A stretch of 27,975 nucleotides of DNA from Solirubrobacterales bacterium (GTDB taxonomy: Bacteria > Actinomycetota > Thermoleophilia > Solirubrobacterales > Thermoleophilaceae): the NCBI GenBank assembly GCA_038232575.1, contig JBBSNQ010000001.1, positions 1 to 27,975 of the forward strand, in the 5' to 3' direction. Positions 1 through 11,642 of this stretch are shown piece after piece (within the stretch, counting starts at the first letter, position 1; each line of letters starts with the position of its first letter). Under the pieces are notes generated by a model. That model made no database searches. It was given only the letters and a program-made list of their open reading frames with translations, and was not told the DNA's origin. The position numbers were made by a program, and so were the translations under genes.

Positions 1-645
1 GATCGCGACGTCGTCCCAGCCCTTCTGGCCGAACACGATCCGCTCGCAGCTGTCGAGGTCGGTGCCGGTGAGGTAGAGCTCGCGCGAGAGCTTGCGGAAG
101 TCGTTGGTGCGGTCGGGGTCGCCGAGCACGCGCTCCATGTAGCGCTCCATGCGCCGCCCGTCGTAGAAGCCGGACGGCAGGCCGTCGGCCAGCTCGAGCG
201 CCAGGTCCATCACCGAGACGGAGCCGAGGTTGGCGAGCAGGGAGCGCGCCACTCCGAGCATGCGCAGCGGCATCAGCGCCATGCTGCGGGCCAGCTCGAG
301 GTAGCTCGGCGCCAGCACCGTCCCCATGTTGACCTCGCCCATCGGCGTCGGCACGCGCTGATTGAGCACGCGCATCATCTGCTCGGGCGTGACCCCGTTG
401 GCGGCCATGCTCGCCAGCACCGAGCCGACGCTCGTCCCAACGTAGACGTCGAACTCGTTGATCGTGCGGTCGACGAAGAGGAGGTCGAACGCGCGCAGCG
501 CCCCGACTTCGTAGACGCCGCCGGTCACGCCGCCACCGCCCAGCACGAGGGCGGTGTGCGGGCCGCGCCCGCGCCGGCGCCGCCGAGTACCGCCGCCGCC
601 CGGGGCGCGCTTCCGTGGCTTCTCCAGCTTTACGACATCGGCCAT
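1..645 (-). CDS. Patatin-like phospholipase (3' end runs off the window)
   Basis: Manual translation from ATG at 645 gives MADVVKLEKPRKR...ALVLGGGGVTGGVYEVGALRA...VYVGTSVGS, with a Gly-rich oxyanion motif and a GxSxG nucleophile. The frame stays open to base 1 (...FGQKGWDDVAI). Confidence 0.85.
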   Translation of the reverse strand, partial: MADVVKLEKPRKRAPGGGGTRRRRRGRGPHTALVLGGGGVTGGVYEVGALRAFDLLFVDRTINEFDVYVGTSVGSVLASMAANGVTPEQMMRVLNQRVPTPMGEVNMGTVLAPSYLELARSMALMPLRMLGVARSLLANLGSVSVMDLALELADGLPSGFYDGRRMERYMERVLGDPDRTNDFRKLSRELYLTGTDLDSCERIVFGQKGWDDVAI

Positions 646-730
646 CAGGTCAGAGAAGTATCCCAGCCCGGGCGGTCATCGGTCCGGCGCGCTCGAGCGG
701 ACGCCGCAACCGAGGCGCCGCTGGCCTGTT

Positions 731-736
731 TAGGGT
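731..736 (+). promoter_or_regulatory. Putative -10 hexamer TAGGGT for a leaderless dacB transcript
   Basis: TANNNT lies 6 nt upstream of ATG 743, with no SD, in an AT-rich patch of GC-rich DNA. Confidence 0.45.
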
Positions 737-742
737 TTAGCG

Positions 743-2059
743 ATGCGACGCCTGACCATCCTCGCGTGCCTGCTCGGCAGCCTGCTCTGCGTGGCCCCCG
801 CCGCCGCGCAGGGCCCCGGTGCCGCCCAGGCGCCCACCGCCGCCCGGGGCCCTGCCACGGCGCAGGCCCCCGCGACCGCAGCGCAGAGCCCTGATGCCGC
901 GCTGCGCAGTGCGCTGACCCGCACTATGCGCGCGGCAGGCGCCTCCTCCGGCGCCTACGTGCTGAACGCGACCGACCAGAAGGTCCTGTTCACTCGCAGG
1001 GCGTCCACGCCCCGGATACTCGCCTCGAACGCGAAGCTCTTCACGACCGCAGCCGTGCTCGGGCGGCTCGGCCCCGAGACCACGCTGCGCACCAGCGCCC
1101 TGGGCGCCGGTCCCCCCGGCCCCGGCGGCGTGCTGCGCGGGGACATCTACCTGCGCGGGAGCGGGGACCCGGGCTTCGGCAGCAGTGCCTTCGTGCGCCG
1201 CTCCTACGGCGGCGGCGCGAGCGTCGAGGCGCTCGCCCGCGCGATCCGGGCCGCCGGGGTGACGCAGGTCACCGGAGGCGTGGTCGGCGATGCCTCGATC
1301 TTCGACAGCCGCCGCGGCGGGCCCTCGTCGGGCTTTCGGCCCTCGATCTACGTCGGGCCGCTGAGCGGCCTCTCCTACAACCGCGGGCTCGCACGCACCT
1401 CGGGCAGCGCGTTTCAGAAGAACCCGCCCGCGTTCGCCGCGGCCCAGCTGCGGATCGCGCTGCGGCGCGCCGGCGTGCGGGTCGCCGGAAGGGCGCGTGC
1501 GGGCAGGGCGCCGGCAGGTGCGCAGGAGCTGGCGGGCCTCGCCTCGCCGCCGCTCGCACGGCTCGTGGCGATCACCAACAAGCGCTCCGACAACTTCTTC
1601 GCCGAGACGCTGCTCAAGCTCCTCGGCGCACGCACCCTGCGCTCCGGTTCGACCCGCGCGGGCGCGCGCAGCGCGAGCGCATTCGCGCGCACACTCGGCG
1701 CGCCGGCGCGGCTGGCCGACGGATCGGGCCTCTCGCGCGGCAACCGCGCCTCCCCGATGAGCGTCGGCCGGCTGCTCGATCGAGTGCGTGGCGAGAAGCA
1801 GTTCGACGCCTTCTACGGCTCGCTGTCGATCGCCGGGCGCGACGGTACGCTGCGGCGGCGCATGCGCAGCGGCCCGGCGCGCGGGAGCTGCCGGGGCAAG
1901 ACGGGGACGCTGTCGAACGTGAGCGCGCTGTCCGGCTACTGCACCTCGCGCAGCGGCGACACGATCGTCTTCTCGTTCCTCATGAACGGCGTCTCGCCGC
2001 CCGGCGCGCGACGGCTGCAGGACCGCATGGCGCAGGCGCTGGCCGCCTACCGCGGCTAG
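743..2059 (+). CDS. dacB: D-alanyl-D-alanine carboxypeptidase/endopeptidase (peptidase S13, PBP4 family), secreted
   Basis: Signal peptide, SxxK (ASNAK), SxN (SDN), KTG (KTGT) and the DGSGLSR motif. Confidence 0.9.
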   Translation: MRRLTILACLLGSLLCVAPAAAQGPGAAQAPTAARGPATAQAPATAAQSPDAALRSALTRTMRAAGASSGAYVLNATDQKVLFTRRASTPRILASNAKLFTTAAVLGRLGPETTLRTSALGAGPPGPGGVLRGDIYLRGSGDPGFGSSAFVRRSYGGGASVEALARAIRAAGVTQVTGGVVGDASIFDSRRGGPSSGFRPSIYVGPLSGLSYNRGLARTSGSAFQKNPPAFAAAQLRIALRRAGVRVAGRARAGRAPAGAQELAGLASPPLARLVAITNKRSDNFFAETLLKLLGARTLRSGSTRAGARSASAFARTLGAPARLADGSGLSRGNRASPMSVGRLLDRVRGEKQFDAFYGSLSIAGRDGTLRRRMRSGPARGSCRGKTGTLSNVSALSGYCTSRSGDTIVFSFLMNGVSPPGARRLQDRMAQALAAYRG

Positions 2060-2118
2060 CGCCCCGCCCCGATCTCCCTGCGCGAGCGGGCGCCCCGCCG
2101 GCCGGGCGGCGGCCAGGC

Positions 2119-4988
<2,870 letters not shown>

Positions 4989-4999
4989 GGTGGCGATCC

Positions 5000-5005
5000 A
5001 GCATA
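5000..5005 (-). promoter_or_regulatory. Putative -10 hexamer TATGCT for surE-ligA
   Basis: TANNNT lies 11 nt upstream of the surE ATG, inside the truA-surE spacer. Confidence 0.4.
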
Positions 5006-5067
5006 GAGCGGGCGCGATTAGCTCAGAGCGGCCCCGGCGTGCGGATCGGACCGCCCTCGCAAAGCGC

Positions 5068-5793
5068 TCAACGAGCGAGCCGGACCGCCTCGAGGCAGAG
5101 CCCGTGCGCTGGAGCCGTCTCCCCCGCCTCTCTCCGCGGCCGACCCTCGAGCAGCCGCTGGAAGTGCTCGAGCGTCTGCCGTCCGGCGGCGACCGCGAGC
5201 ATCGTGCCGGCGAGCACGCGCACCATGTGGCGCAGGAACGAGTCCGCCTCGATCCAGAGCTCGATCAGGTCCGGACCCGCCTCGCCCCACTCGGCGCGCC
5301 TCACCTCGCGCACCGTGTGCTCGTGCTCGGACTGCGCCGGTGTGAAGGCGGTGAAGTCATGGCTGCCGCGCAGCGCCTTGGCGCATCGCTCGAGCGTGCC
5401 GCGATCGACCGGATAGGGCCAGTGCAACGCGCGGCCGTGCTCGAGCGGGCTCGCCGTCGTGCGTGCCAGGACCCGGTAGCGGTAGAGGCGCGCGAGCGCG
5501 TCACGCCGCGCATCGAAGCCCTCGGGCGCGGCTTCGCTCGCCAGCACGCGCACGTCCACCGGCAGCAGCGAGTTCAGCCGCCCGCACCCAAGCGGCGTGC
5601 CCGGATGGCTCGCCACCTGGCCGCGAGCGTGCACGCCGGCATCGGTCCGGCCTGCGACCGTCACCCGCTGCTCGCGGCCGAGCACCTCCGCGATCGCCTC
5701 CTCGAGCACCCCCTGCACGGTGCGCCTGCCCGGCTGGCGCGCCCAGCCCGCGAATGCCCGTCCGTCGTACTCGAGCAGCAGCCTGGCGGTCAC
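5068..5793 (-). CDS. truA: tRNA pseudouridine(38-40) synthase
   Basis: LEYDG...GW..Q, AGRTDAGVHA and FLRHMVR motifs. Start re-called to GTG 5793 (MTARLLLEYDG). Confidence 0.95.
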   Translation of the reverse strand: MTARLLLEYDGRAFAGWARQPGRRTVQGVLEEAIAEVLGREQRVTVAGRTDAGVHARGQVASHPGTPLGCGRLNSLLPVDVRVLASEAAPEGFDARRDALARLYRYRVLARTTASPLEHGRALHWPYPVDRGTLERCAKALRGSHDFTAFTPAQSEHEHTVREVRRAEWGEAGPDLIELWIEADSFLRHMVRVLAGTMLAVAAGRQTLEHFQRLLEGRPRREAGETAPAHGLCLEAVRLAR

Positions 5794-5819
5794 GCTGCGC
5801 TCTCGAGCCTGGCCGACAC
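5790..5819 (-). CDS. Mini-ORF MSARLESAA, stop overlapping truA start
   Basis: SD AGGAG precedes GTG 5819. TGA 5792-5790 overlaps the truA GTG. Confidence 0.35.
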   Translation of the reverse strand: MSARLESAA

Positions 5820-5827
5820 GTCTTCTC

Positions 5828-6631
5828 CTAGGTCGGCTTGCGCGCGACGACCAGCAGATAGTCCGAGTCGATCGCCGCAGAGCCATCCGTGGCCCGGTTG
5901 CACGCCGCCGCCAGCTCGAGCGTCTCCCGGCGCAGCGCGGCGTAGGAGTCCGCGTCGAGCGCCTCGCGCGTGACGAGCTGCGGTCCGACATTGGCAGTCA
6001 TGAACTCCCACATCTCCTCCACCGAGCCGAAGCGGAACGGGACAGTGAGCCGATGCAGCTCGATCGCGGCAGCGAGGCCCTCGAAGCGCTCGCGCACGAT
6101 CTCCTCCACCCCCCAGTCGACCGGCCGGGGCACCCCGTGGGGCAGCGGCCTGTAGCGCGCCGTCAGCGCCGATGCGCGTCCGAAGTAGCCGTCGGGGGTC
6201 CAGCTCGCCATCGCCACGGTGCCGCCCGGCCGGACGACTCGGAAGAGCTCGTGCGCGACGAGTGGCGGGCGCGGGGCGAACATCGCCCCGAATGCCGAGG
6301 TCACGCAGTCGAAGCTCGCGTCGGCGAACGGCAGCTCCTCGGCGTCGGCGAGTCGCCACTCGACCCCGGGGGCCTCGGCGGCCGAGCGCGCGCGACCCAG
6401 CTCGAGCATCGACGGCGTCAGGTCCGTCGCCACCACGCTCGCCCCGGCCTGGGCCGCCAGCACCGCCACGTTGCCGGTACCCGCCCCGACGTCTAGCAGC
6501 CGCTGGCCGGGCGCAAGCGGACAGCGCTCGACGAGCTCGCGCGCTGCCGGCTCGATGACCCTGGCGACCGCCGGATAGTCGCCCCGGCTCCATGCCTCCG
6601 TGGTCCCCTGCTTGAGGCGGGCTACGTCCAT
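5828..6631 (-). CDS. Class I SAM-dependent methyltransferase
   Basis: LLDVGAGTG motif I and DAEELPFADASFD motif. Substrate unknown. Confidence 0.9.
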   Translation of the reverse strand: MDVARLKQGTTEAWSRGDYPAVARVIEPAARELVERCPLAPGQRLLDVGAGTGNVAVLAAQAGASVVATDLTPSMLELGRARSAAEAPGVEWRLADAEELPFADASFDCVTSAFGAMFAPRPPLVAHELFRVVRPGGTVAMASWTPDGYFGRASALTARYRPLPHGVPRPVDWGVEEIVRERFEGLAAAIELHRLTVPFRFGSVEEMWEFMTANVGPQLVTREALDADSYAALRRETLELAAACNRATDGSAAIDSDYLLVVARKPT

Positions 6632-6640
6632 CGCCCTGCG

Positions 6641-6650
6641 ATCCTAGGGT
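6641..6650. promoter_or_regulatory. Overlapping divergent -10 candidates (minus TAGGAT 6646-6641, plus TAGGGT 6645-6650)
   Basis: ATCCTAGGGT gives TANNNT on both strands. The minus hexamer is 9 nt upstream of the methyltransferase ATG. Confidence 0.35.
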
Positions 6651-6765
6651 GAGCGGCGCGGCGCCTCCCGGCGGGCGGCGCAGAGCGCCGCGCCGACCGA
6701 TGCGCGACAATCAGGCGTGGCGGTCGTGCGGCCGCATTGGCGAGCCCGCAATGCAAGGAGGAACG

Positions 6766-7710
6766 ATGGCAACGCAGCGCCGTTCGATCTCGGGGTCAGT
6801 GGTGGCGATCACCGGAGCCGCGCGGGGCATCGGCCGCGCGACGGCCCAAGCCCTGATTCAGAGAGGGGCGCGCGTCGCGATCGGCGACCTCGACCTCGAG
6901 CTCGCCCGCGAGAGCGCCGCAGCGCTTGGCGATGCGGCGGCGGCCTACGAGCTCGACGTCACCGACCGGCGATCCTTCCAGCGCTTCCTCGAGAGCGTCG
7001 AGGGCGATCTCGGTCCGGTCGACGTCCTCGTCAACAACGCCGGCATCATGCCGCTCGGATCCTTCATCGAGGAGGAGGACACGACGGCGGCGCGCATGAT
7101 CGACATCAACCTGCACGGCGTGATGCTCGGCATGAAGCTCGCGCTGCCCGGCATGCTCAAGCGAGGGCGAGGGCACGTCGTGAACATCGCCTCGGGCGCC
7201 GGCAAGTCGGGCTTCGCAGGAGGTGCGACCTACTGCGCCACCAAGCACGCGGTCGTCGGCCTGAGCGAGTCGGTGCTCGCCGAGCTTCGAGGATCCGGAG
7301 TCGAGCTGTCGATCATCATGCCGGGCGTCGTCAAGACGGAGCTGGCCTCCGGCCTCTCCGAGGCGCGGGGGATCAAGAACCTCGAGCCGGAGGACGTCGC
7401 CGCGGCGATCGCCGAGACGCTCGAGCAGCCCCGCTTCGAGGTCTTCGTCCCTCGCTCCGTCGGTCCGATCACGAAGGCCCTCTCGCTGCTCCCGCGCGGC
7501 GCGCGTCAGCGGGTCGCCCAGCTGCTGGGCGCAGACCAGATCCTCGCCACCGTCGACGCCGGCCGCCGCGGCGCGTACGAGCGGCGCATCTCGGCGAGCA
7601 GCGGCGATCCGGCCGCAGGCGGCGGCGACCCGCCCGCGGGCGGCGAGGAGCACACCGGCGAAGACTGGATCCCGGCGGGCACCGGTGGCGCCCGCGAAAC
7701 GCAGCCCTAG
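6766..7710 (+). CDS. Short-chain dehydrogenase/reductase (classical SDR)
   Basis: TGAARGIG, NNAG, and catalytic S plus YCATK. Start re-called to ATG 6766 behind the SD AAGGAGG. Confidence 0.92.
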   Translation: MATQRRSISGSVVAITGAARGIGRATAQALIQRGARVAIGDLDLELARESAAALGDAAAAYELDVTDRRSFQRFLESVEGDLGPVDVLVNNAGIMPLGSFIEEEDTTAARMIDINLHGVMLGMKLALPGMLKRGRGHVVNIASGAGKSGFAGGATYCATKHAVVGLSESVLAELRGSGVELSIIMPGVVKTELASGLSEARGIKNLEPEDVAAAIAETLEQPRFEVFVPRSVGPITKALSLLPRGARQRVAQLLGADQILATVDAGRRGAYERRISASSGDPAAGGGDPPAGGEEHTGEDWIPAGTGGARETQP

Positions 7711-7749
7711 CCGGCGCCGGAGGGCTGCTGCAGCCGAGCCGCCCAGCCG

Positions 7750-8103
7750 CTAGACGAGCTCGAGCAGAACCATCTCGGTCGAATCAGAGCGCCTCGGCCC
7801 GAGCTTGAGGATCCTCGTGTAACCGCCCGGACGCTCGGCGTAGCGCGGCGCGACCTCCTCGAAGAGCTTGTAGGCCGCGTACTTGTCGTGCCCCAGCGAC
7901 GCGAGCGCCTGGCGGCGCGCGTGCAGGTCACGGCGCTTTGCGAGCGTGATCAGCTTCTCGACCTGCGGCTTGACGGCCTTGGCCTTGGCTTGCGTCGTCT
8001 GGATCCGCTCGTGGTCGATCAGCTCTCGCGAGAGGTTCATCAGCAGCGCCTTGCGATGCGAGGAGCTGCGGGAGAGCTTGTGGCGGTTGCGTTGGTGGCG
8101 CAC
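7750..8103 (-). CDS. rplQ: 50S ribosomal protein L17
   Basis: MRHQR..HKLSR and [12 protein letters not shown] motifs. GTG start with a GGAGG SD. Confidence 0.97.
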   Translation of the reverse strand: MRHQRNRHKLSRSSSHRKALLMNLSRELIDHERIQTTQAKAKAVKPQVEKLITLAKRRDLHARRQALASLGHDKYAAYKLFEEVAPRYAERPGGYTRILKLGPRRSDSTEMVLLELV

Positions 8104-8115
8104 GCCCTCCGCCTC

Positions 8116-8160
8116 CTAGCGACTCCCGCCGCGGGTATCGATGATCGGAGCGAAGAGCAT
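8116..8160 (-). CDS. Spacer mini-ORF MLFAPIIDTRGGSR
   Basis: ATG directly follows the rpoA TAG. Its TAG abuts the rplQ SD, 12 nt before the rplQ GTG, in the same frame. Confidence 0.3.
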   Translation of the reverse strand: MLFAPIIDTRGGSR

Positions 8161-9126
8161 CTAGACCGCATCCCTCAGCGAGAGGCCGCGAGCGCGCAGG
8201 GTCTCGACGACCTCCTCGATCGACTTGCCGCCGAAGTTCGGGATCGCGTTTAGCTCGGACTCGGACTTCTGCAGCAGCTCGCCGACGGTCTGGATGCCGG
8301 CGCGCTTGAGGCAGTTGTAAGAGCGCACGCCCAGCTCGAGCTCCTCGATCAGGATGTCGTCCATACCGCTCGGCGCGGTGGGGGCAAGGACGGCACCCTC
8401 GCCGCTGACTGCCCCGGCACCGTCGCCGCGCAGGGTCGCGAGCGCGTCGGGGTCGACGAAGATCGACAGGCTCTGGATCAGGATCTCCGCCGCCTCGCGC
8501 AGCGCCATCTCCGGCTGCACCGATCCGTCGGTCTCGACATCGAGGGTGAGCTTGTCGTAGTCGGTCCGCTGCCCGACGCGGGCGGCATCCACCTGGTAGG
8601 CGACGCGCTTGACCGGCGAGAAGATCGAGTCGATCGGGATCACGCCGATCGGCTGGTCCTCGTGCTTGTTGTCCTCGGCGGGCGAGTAGCCGCGGCCGCG
8701 GCCGATCGTCAGGTAGATCTCGACCTTGGCCTTCTTCTCGAGCGTCGCGATGTGCACATCGGGGTTGAGCACTTCGACGCCCGCCGGCAGGTCGATGTCG
8801 CCGGCCGTGACCGTCCCCGGCCCGCGCGCGACGAGCAGCACCTCGAGCTCCTCGGCCTCGGAGTGGATCCGGCAGACGATCTCCTTGAGGTTGAGGACGA
8901 TGTCCGTCACGTCCTCGGTGACACCTGCGATCGTCGAGAACTCGTGCGCGACGCCTTCGATGCGTACGCTCGTCACGGCCGCCCCGGCCAGCGAGGAAAG
9001 CAGCACACGCCGCAGCGAGTTGCCGAAGGTGTAGCCGAAGCCGCGGTCGAGCGGCTCAATCGTGAACGTGCCGCGGTTGTCCTCGACTTTCTCGGAGGAG
9101 ATCTGTGGCGTTTGAAACTCGAGCAT
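8161..9126 (-). CDS. rpoA: RNA polymerase subunit alpha
   Basis: EPLDRGFGYTFGNSLRRVLLSS and the alphaCTD VRSYNCLKRAGI motif. Confidence 0.98.
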   Translation of the reverse strand: MLEFQTPQISSEKVEDNRGTFTIEPLDRGFGYTFGNSLRRVLLSSLAGAAVTSVRIEGVAHEFSTIAGVTEDVTDIVLNLKEIVCRIHSEAEELEVLLVARGPGTVTAGDIDLPAGVEVLNPDVHIATLEKKAKVEIYLTIGRGRGYSPAEDNKHEDQPIGVIPIDSIFSPVKRVAYQVDAARVGQRTDYDKLTLDVETDGSVQPEMALREAAEILIQSLSIFVDPDALATLRGDGAGAVSGEGAVLAPTAPSGMDDILIEELELGVRSYNCLKRAGIQTVGELLQKSESELNAIPNFGGKSIEEVVETLRARGLSLRDAV

Positions 9127-9181
9127 GGTGGATCCCTTCAGGTAATCGCTCTTCGGCAGATGCCCGCCGCGGGAGCGCGGC

Positions 9182-9805
9182 TTACTTCGAGTAAAGCTCG
9201 ACGATGAGCTGCGCCTCGACCGGAGTGTCGATCTCGACCCGCTCCGGATCGCGCAGCACCTTCGCCGTCAGCCCGTCGTGGTCGGCCTGCAGCCAGGCCG
9301 GCACGACGGAGACGAGATCGGTCGCGTCGCGCACGATCTCGGTGATCGAGGTCGAGCCCGGCGCCAATGTTATGACGTCGTCGGAGCGCACGTGGTAGGA
9401 GGGCACGTCGACGCGCCGCCCGTTCACGTGCCAGTGTCCGTGCAGCACGAGCTGGCGCGCCTGCCGGCGCGAGCTCGCAAAGCCCAGCCGCACGAGCACG
9501 TTGTCGAGGCGCCGTTCGAGCAGCCGCAGCAGGTTGTCGCCGGTTACGCCGGCCTGGCGGCTCGCCTTCCGGTAGTAGCCGCGGAACTGCCGCTCGAGGA
9601 CGCCGTAGTAGCGGCGGGCCTTCTGCTTCTCGCGCAGCTGGACGCGGTACTCCGACTGCTTCTGGCGGATGCGGCCGTGCTCGCCCGGCGGGTAGGCGCG
9701 GCGCTCGACGCCGCACTTGTCGGTCAGGCAGCGCTCGCCCTTCAGGAATAGCTTGATGCCCTCGCGGCGACACTGCTTGCACTGTGAACCGCGCTCCCGC
9801 GCCAT
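9182..9805 (-). CDS. rpsD: 30S ribosomal protein S4 (Zn-binding C+ form)
   Basis: Start ATG 9805 (TGATG overlap with rpsK). [19 protein letters not shown] and LERRLDN motifs. Confidence 0.97.
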   Translation of the reverse strand: MARERGSQCKQCRREGIKLFLKGERCLTDKCGVERRAYPPGEHGRIRQKQSEYRVQLREKQKARRYYGVLERQFRGYYRKASRQAGVTGDNLLRLLERRLDNVLVRLGFASSRRQARQLVLHGHWHVNGRRVDVPSYHVRSDDVITLAPGSTSITEIVRDATDLVSVVPAWLQADHDGLTAKVLRDPERVEIDTPVEAQLIVELYSK

Positions 9806-10203
9806 CAGACGCGCCTGCGCTTGCGGGGCCGGGCGCCATTGTGTGCCTGCGGCGTGACGTCGCGGATCGATGTGACCTCGAGACCGGCGGCCTGTAGCGA
9901 GCGGACCGCCGTCTCGCGCCCCGAGCCGGGCCCCTTGACGAACACTTCGACCTTCTCGAGCCCGTGCTCCATCCCCTTGCGAGCGGCCGCGTCGGCCGTC
10001 ACCTGGGCGGCGAAGGGCGTGGACTTGCGCGAGCCCTTGAAGCCCGCGCCGCCTGCAGACTCCCACGCTATGACGTTGCCGTCGGAGTCGGTCATCGCGA
10101 TGATCGTGTTGTTGAAGGAGGTCTTGATGTGCGCTTGGCCGACGGGGATGTTCTTGCGCGTCTTGCGGCGCCCCCGTCCAGCTCCTGATCGCGGCTGCGG
10201 CAT
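9805..10203 (-). CDS. rpsK: 30S ribosomal protein S11
   Basis: [20 protein letters not shown] and [12 protein letters not shown] motifs. Confidence 0.98.
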   Translation of the reverse strand: MPQPRSGAGRGRRKTRKNIPVGQAHIKTSFNNTIIAMTDSDGNVIAWESAGGAGFKGSRKSTPFAAQVTADAAARKGMEHGLEKVEVFVKGPGSGRETAVRSLQAAGLEVTSIRDVTPQAHNGARPRKRRRV

Positions 10204-10206
10204 CGT

Positions 10207-10587
10207 CTACTTGCCTGCCTTCTTCTTGCCTGCGACCTGCATGCGGCGCGGGCCCTTGCGCGTGCGGCCGTTGGTCTTCGTCCGCTGGCCCTTCACCGGC
10301 AGACCGCGCCGGTGGCGGATCCCGCGGTAGGCGCCGATCTCGGTCAACCGCTTGACGCTCTGCGAGCGCTCGCGGCGCAGGTCCCCCTCGACCGTCAGGC
10401 GCTCGTCGATCACCTCGCGCAGCTTGATCGTCTCGTCGTCGGTGAGATTCCGGATGTAGGTGTCCCGCCCAATGCCCGTGCGCTCGAGGATCTCGCGTGC
10501 ACGCGCGGGACCGACTCCGTAGATGTAGGTGAGCCCGACCTCGGCCCGCTTGTTGAGCGGCAGGTTGATCCCGGCGATGCGTGCCAT
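10207..10587 (-). CDS. rpsM: 30S ribosomal protein S13
   Basis: Start re-called to ATG 10587 ([10 protein letters not shown]). [20 protein letters not shown] motif. Confidence 0.97.
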   Translation of the reverse strand: MARIAGINLPLNKRAEVGLTYIYGVGPARAREILERTGIGRDTYIRNLTDDETIKLREVIDERLTVEGDLRRERSQSVKRLTEIGAYRGIRHRRGLPVKGQRTKTNGRTRKGPRRMQVAGKKKAGK

Positions 10588-10592
10588 CTCTA

Positions 10593-10706
10593 TCAGCCCT
10601 GCCTCTGCTTGTGGCGCGCGTTCGGGCATATGACCAGCACCGTCCCGCGACGCCGGATCACCTTGCACTTCTCGCACATGGGCCTGACTGAAGCCCTGAC
10701 CTTCAA
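10593..10706 (-). CDS. rpmJ: 50S ribosomal protein L36 (Zn-ribbon form), TTG start
   Basis: (M)[36 protein letters not shown], 37 aa, with GAGGT upstream. Confidence 0.95.
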   Translation of the reverse strand: MKVRASVRPMCEKCKVIRRRGTVLVICPNARHKQRQG

Positions 10707-10738
10707 CGCTTCGCTACCTCGTTCTTGGAGAGATGTAC

Positions 10739-10792
10739 GGCGCCGCGGCCCAGGAGTCGGCCGCGCGCCACAGGCGACCGGAAAGAGTAGCA
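10739..10792 (-). promoter_or_regulatory. Extended -10 (TGcTACTCT, hexamer 10789-10784) plus leader hairpin (10769-10739) for the rpmJ-alpha cluster
   Basis: TGn-TANNNT lies immediately after the map stop. The stem GGCGC-GCGGCC/GGCCGC-GCGCC gives 11 bp with one bulge. Confidence 0.5.
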
Positions 10793-10793
10793 A

Positions 10794-11585
10794 TCACGAG
10801 GCCTTGCGCTCCTCGGCTGGGCTCTCCTGCCCCTGCAGGTGCCAGGGCGTGAGGATGCGAGGGCCCTCGGCGGTGATCGCGACGGTGTGCTCGAAGTGCG
10901 CGGCGAGCGAGCCGTCCTGCGAGTAGATCGCCCACTGGTCCTCGCCCAGCCTGATCGGATGCGAGCCGGCGTTGACCATCGGTTCGATGGCGAGCACCAT
11001 GCCCTCGGCGAGCTCCGGTCCCGTGCCCGGCGACCCATAATTGGGCAGCTGCGGATCCTCATGCATGTCACGGCCGACCCCGTGGCCCACCAGCGACCTC
11101 ACGATCGAGAAGTCGTCGGCCTCGACGCGCTTCTGGACCGCGTGCGAGATGTCCCCGAGGCGGCCGCCGGGGCGGCAGCGCTCGACCGCCTCGAACAGCG
11201 CCTCCCGCGTGGCCTCGAGCAGCCGGTTGGCGATCGGGCTCACCGGTCCGATCGGCATCGTGACCGCCGCATCGGCGATCCAGCCGTCGAGCCGGACGCC
11301 GACGTCGACTGAGAGCACATCGCCGCGCCTCAGCCGGTAGGGCCCAGGGATGCCGTGGACGACCATCGAGTTGGGTGAGGTGCAGATCGAGCCCGGGAAG
11401 CCGCGGTAGCCCTTGAAGGCCGGCTCGCCGTCCTGCGAGCGGATGAAGCGCTCGGCCGCCGTGTCGAGCTCGAGCGTAGTCACTCCGGGCCGTGCCTTGC
11501 CGCGCAGTAGCGCGAGGCAGCGGGCGAGGACATCGCCGGCGGCGGCGATCTGGTCGATCTCCTGCGGGGACTTCCTGAGGATCAT
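10794..11585 (-). CDS. map: Methionine aminopeptidase type I
   Basis: CTSPNSMVVHGIP, DVG...D, GHGVG..MHEDP, EPM and HFEHTV metal ligands. Confidence 0.97.
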   Translation of the reverse strand: MILRKSPQEIDQIAAAGDVLARCLALLRGKARPGVTTLELDTAAERFIRSQDGEPAFKGYRGFPGSICTSPNSMVVHGIPGPYRLRRGDVLSVDVGVRLDGWIADAAVTMPIGPVSPIANRLLEATREALFEAVERCRPGGRLGDISHAVQKRVEADDFSIVRSLVGHGVGRDMHEDPQLPNYGSPGTGPELAEGMVLAIEPMVNAGSHPIRLGEDQWAIYSQDGSLAAHFEHTVAITAEGPRILTPWHLQGQESPAEERKAS

Positions 11586-11642
11586 CGAACGGCCCGGCCC
11601 TGCACCAGGCGGCCTAGAGGGCCCTCGCGAGACGTTCGCCCA

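Noticed and set aside
805-900. Imperfect 11-aa repeat in the DacB linker, plus a similar GDP repeat in the SDR C-terminal tail (7603-7645)
   Set aside because: Ordinary low-complexity linker slippage with no evidence of function.
5010-5040. GGGCGCGATTAGCTCAG resembles a tRNA 5' end
   Set aside because: No anticodon arm, TTC T-loop or acceptor-stem partner follows. The plus-strand sequence overlaps the surE promoter region.
10707-10793. 66-aa L36 starting at TTG 10793
   Set aside because: L36 is 37 aa with an SD before TTG 10706, and the upstream region looks like a promoter and leader.
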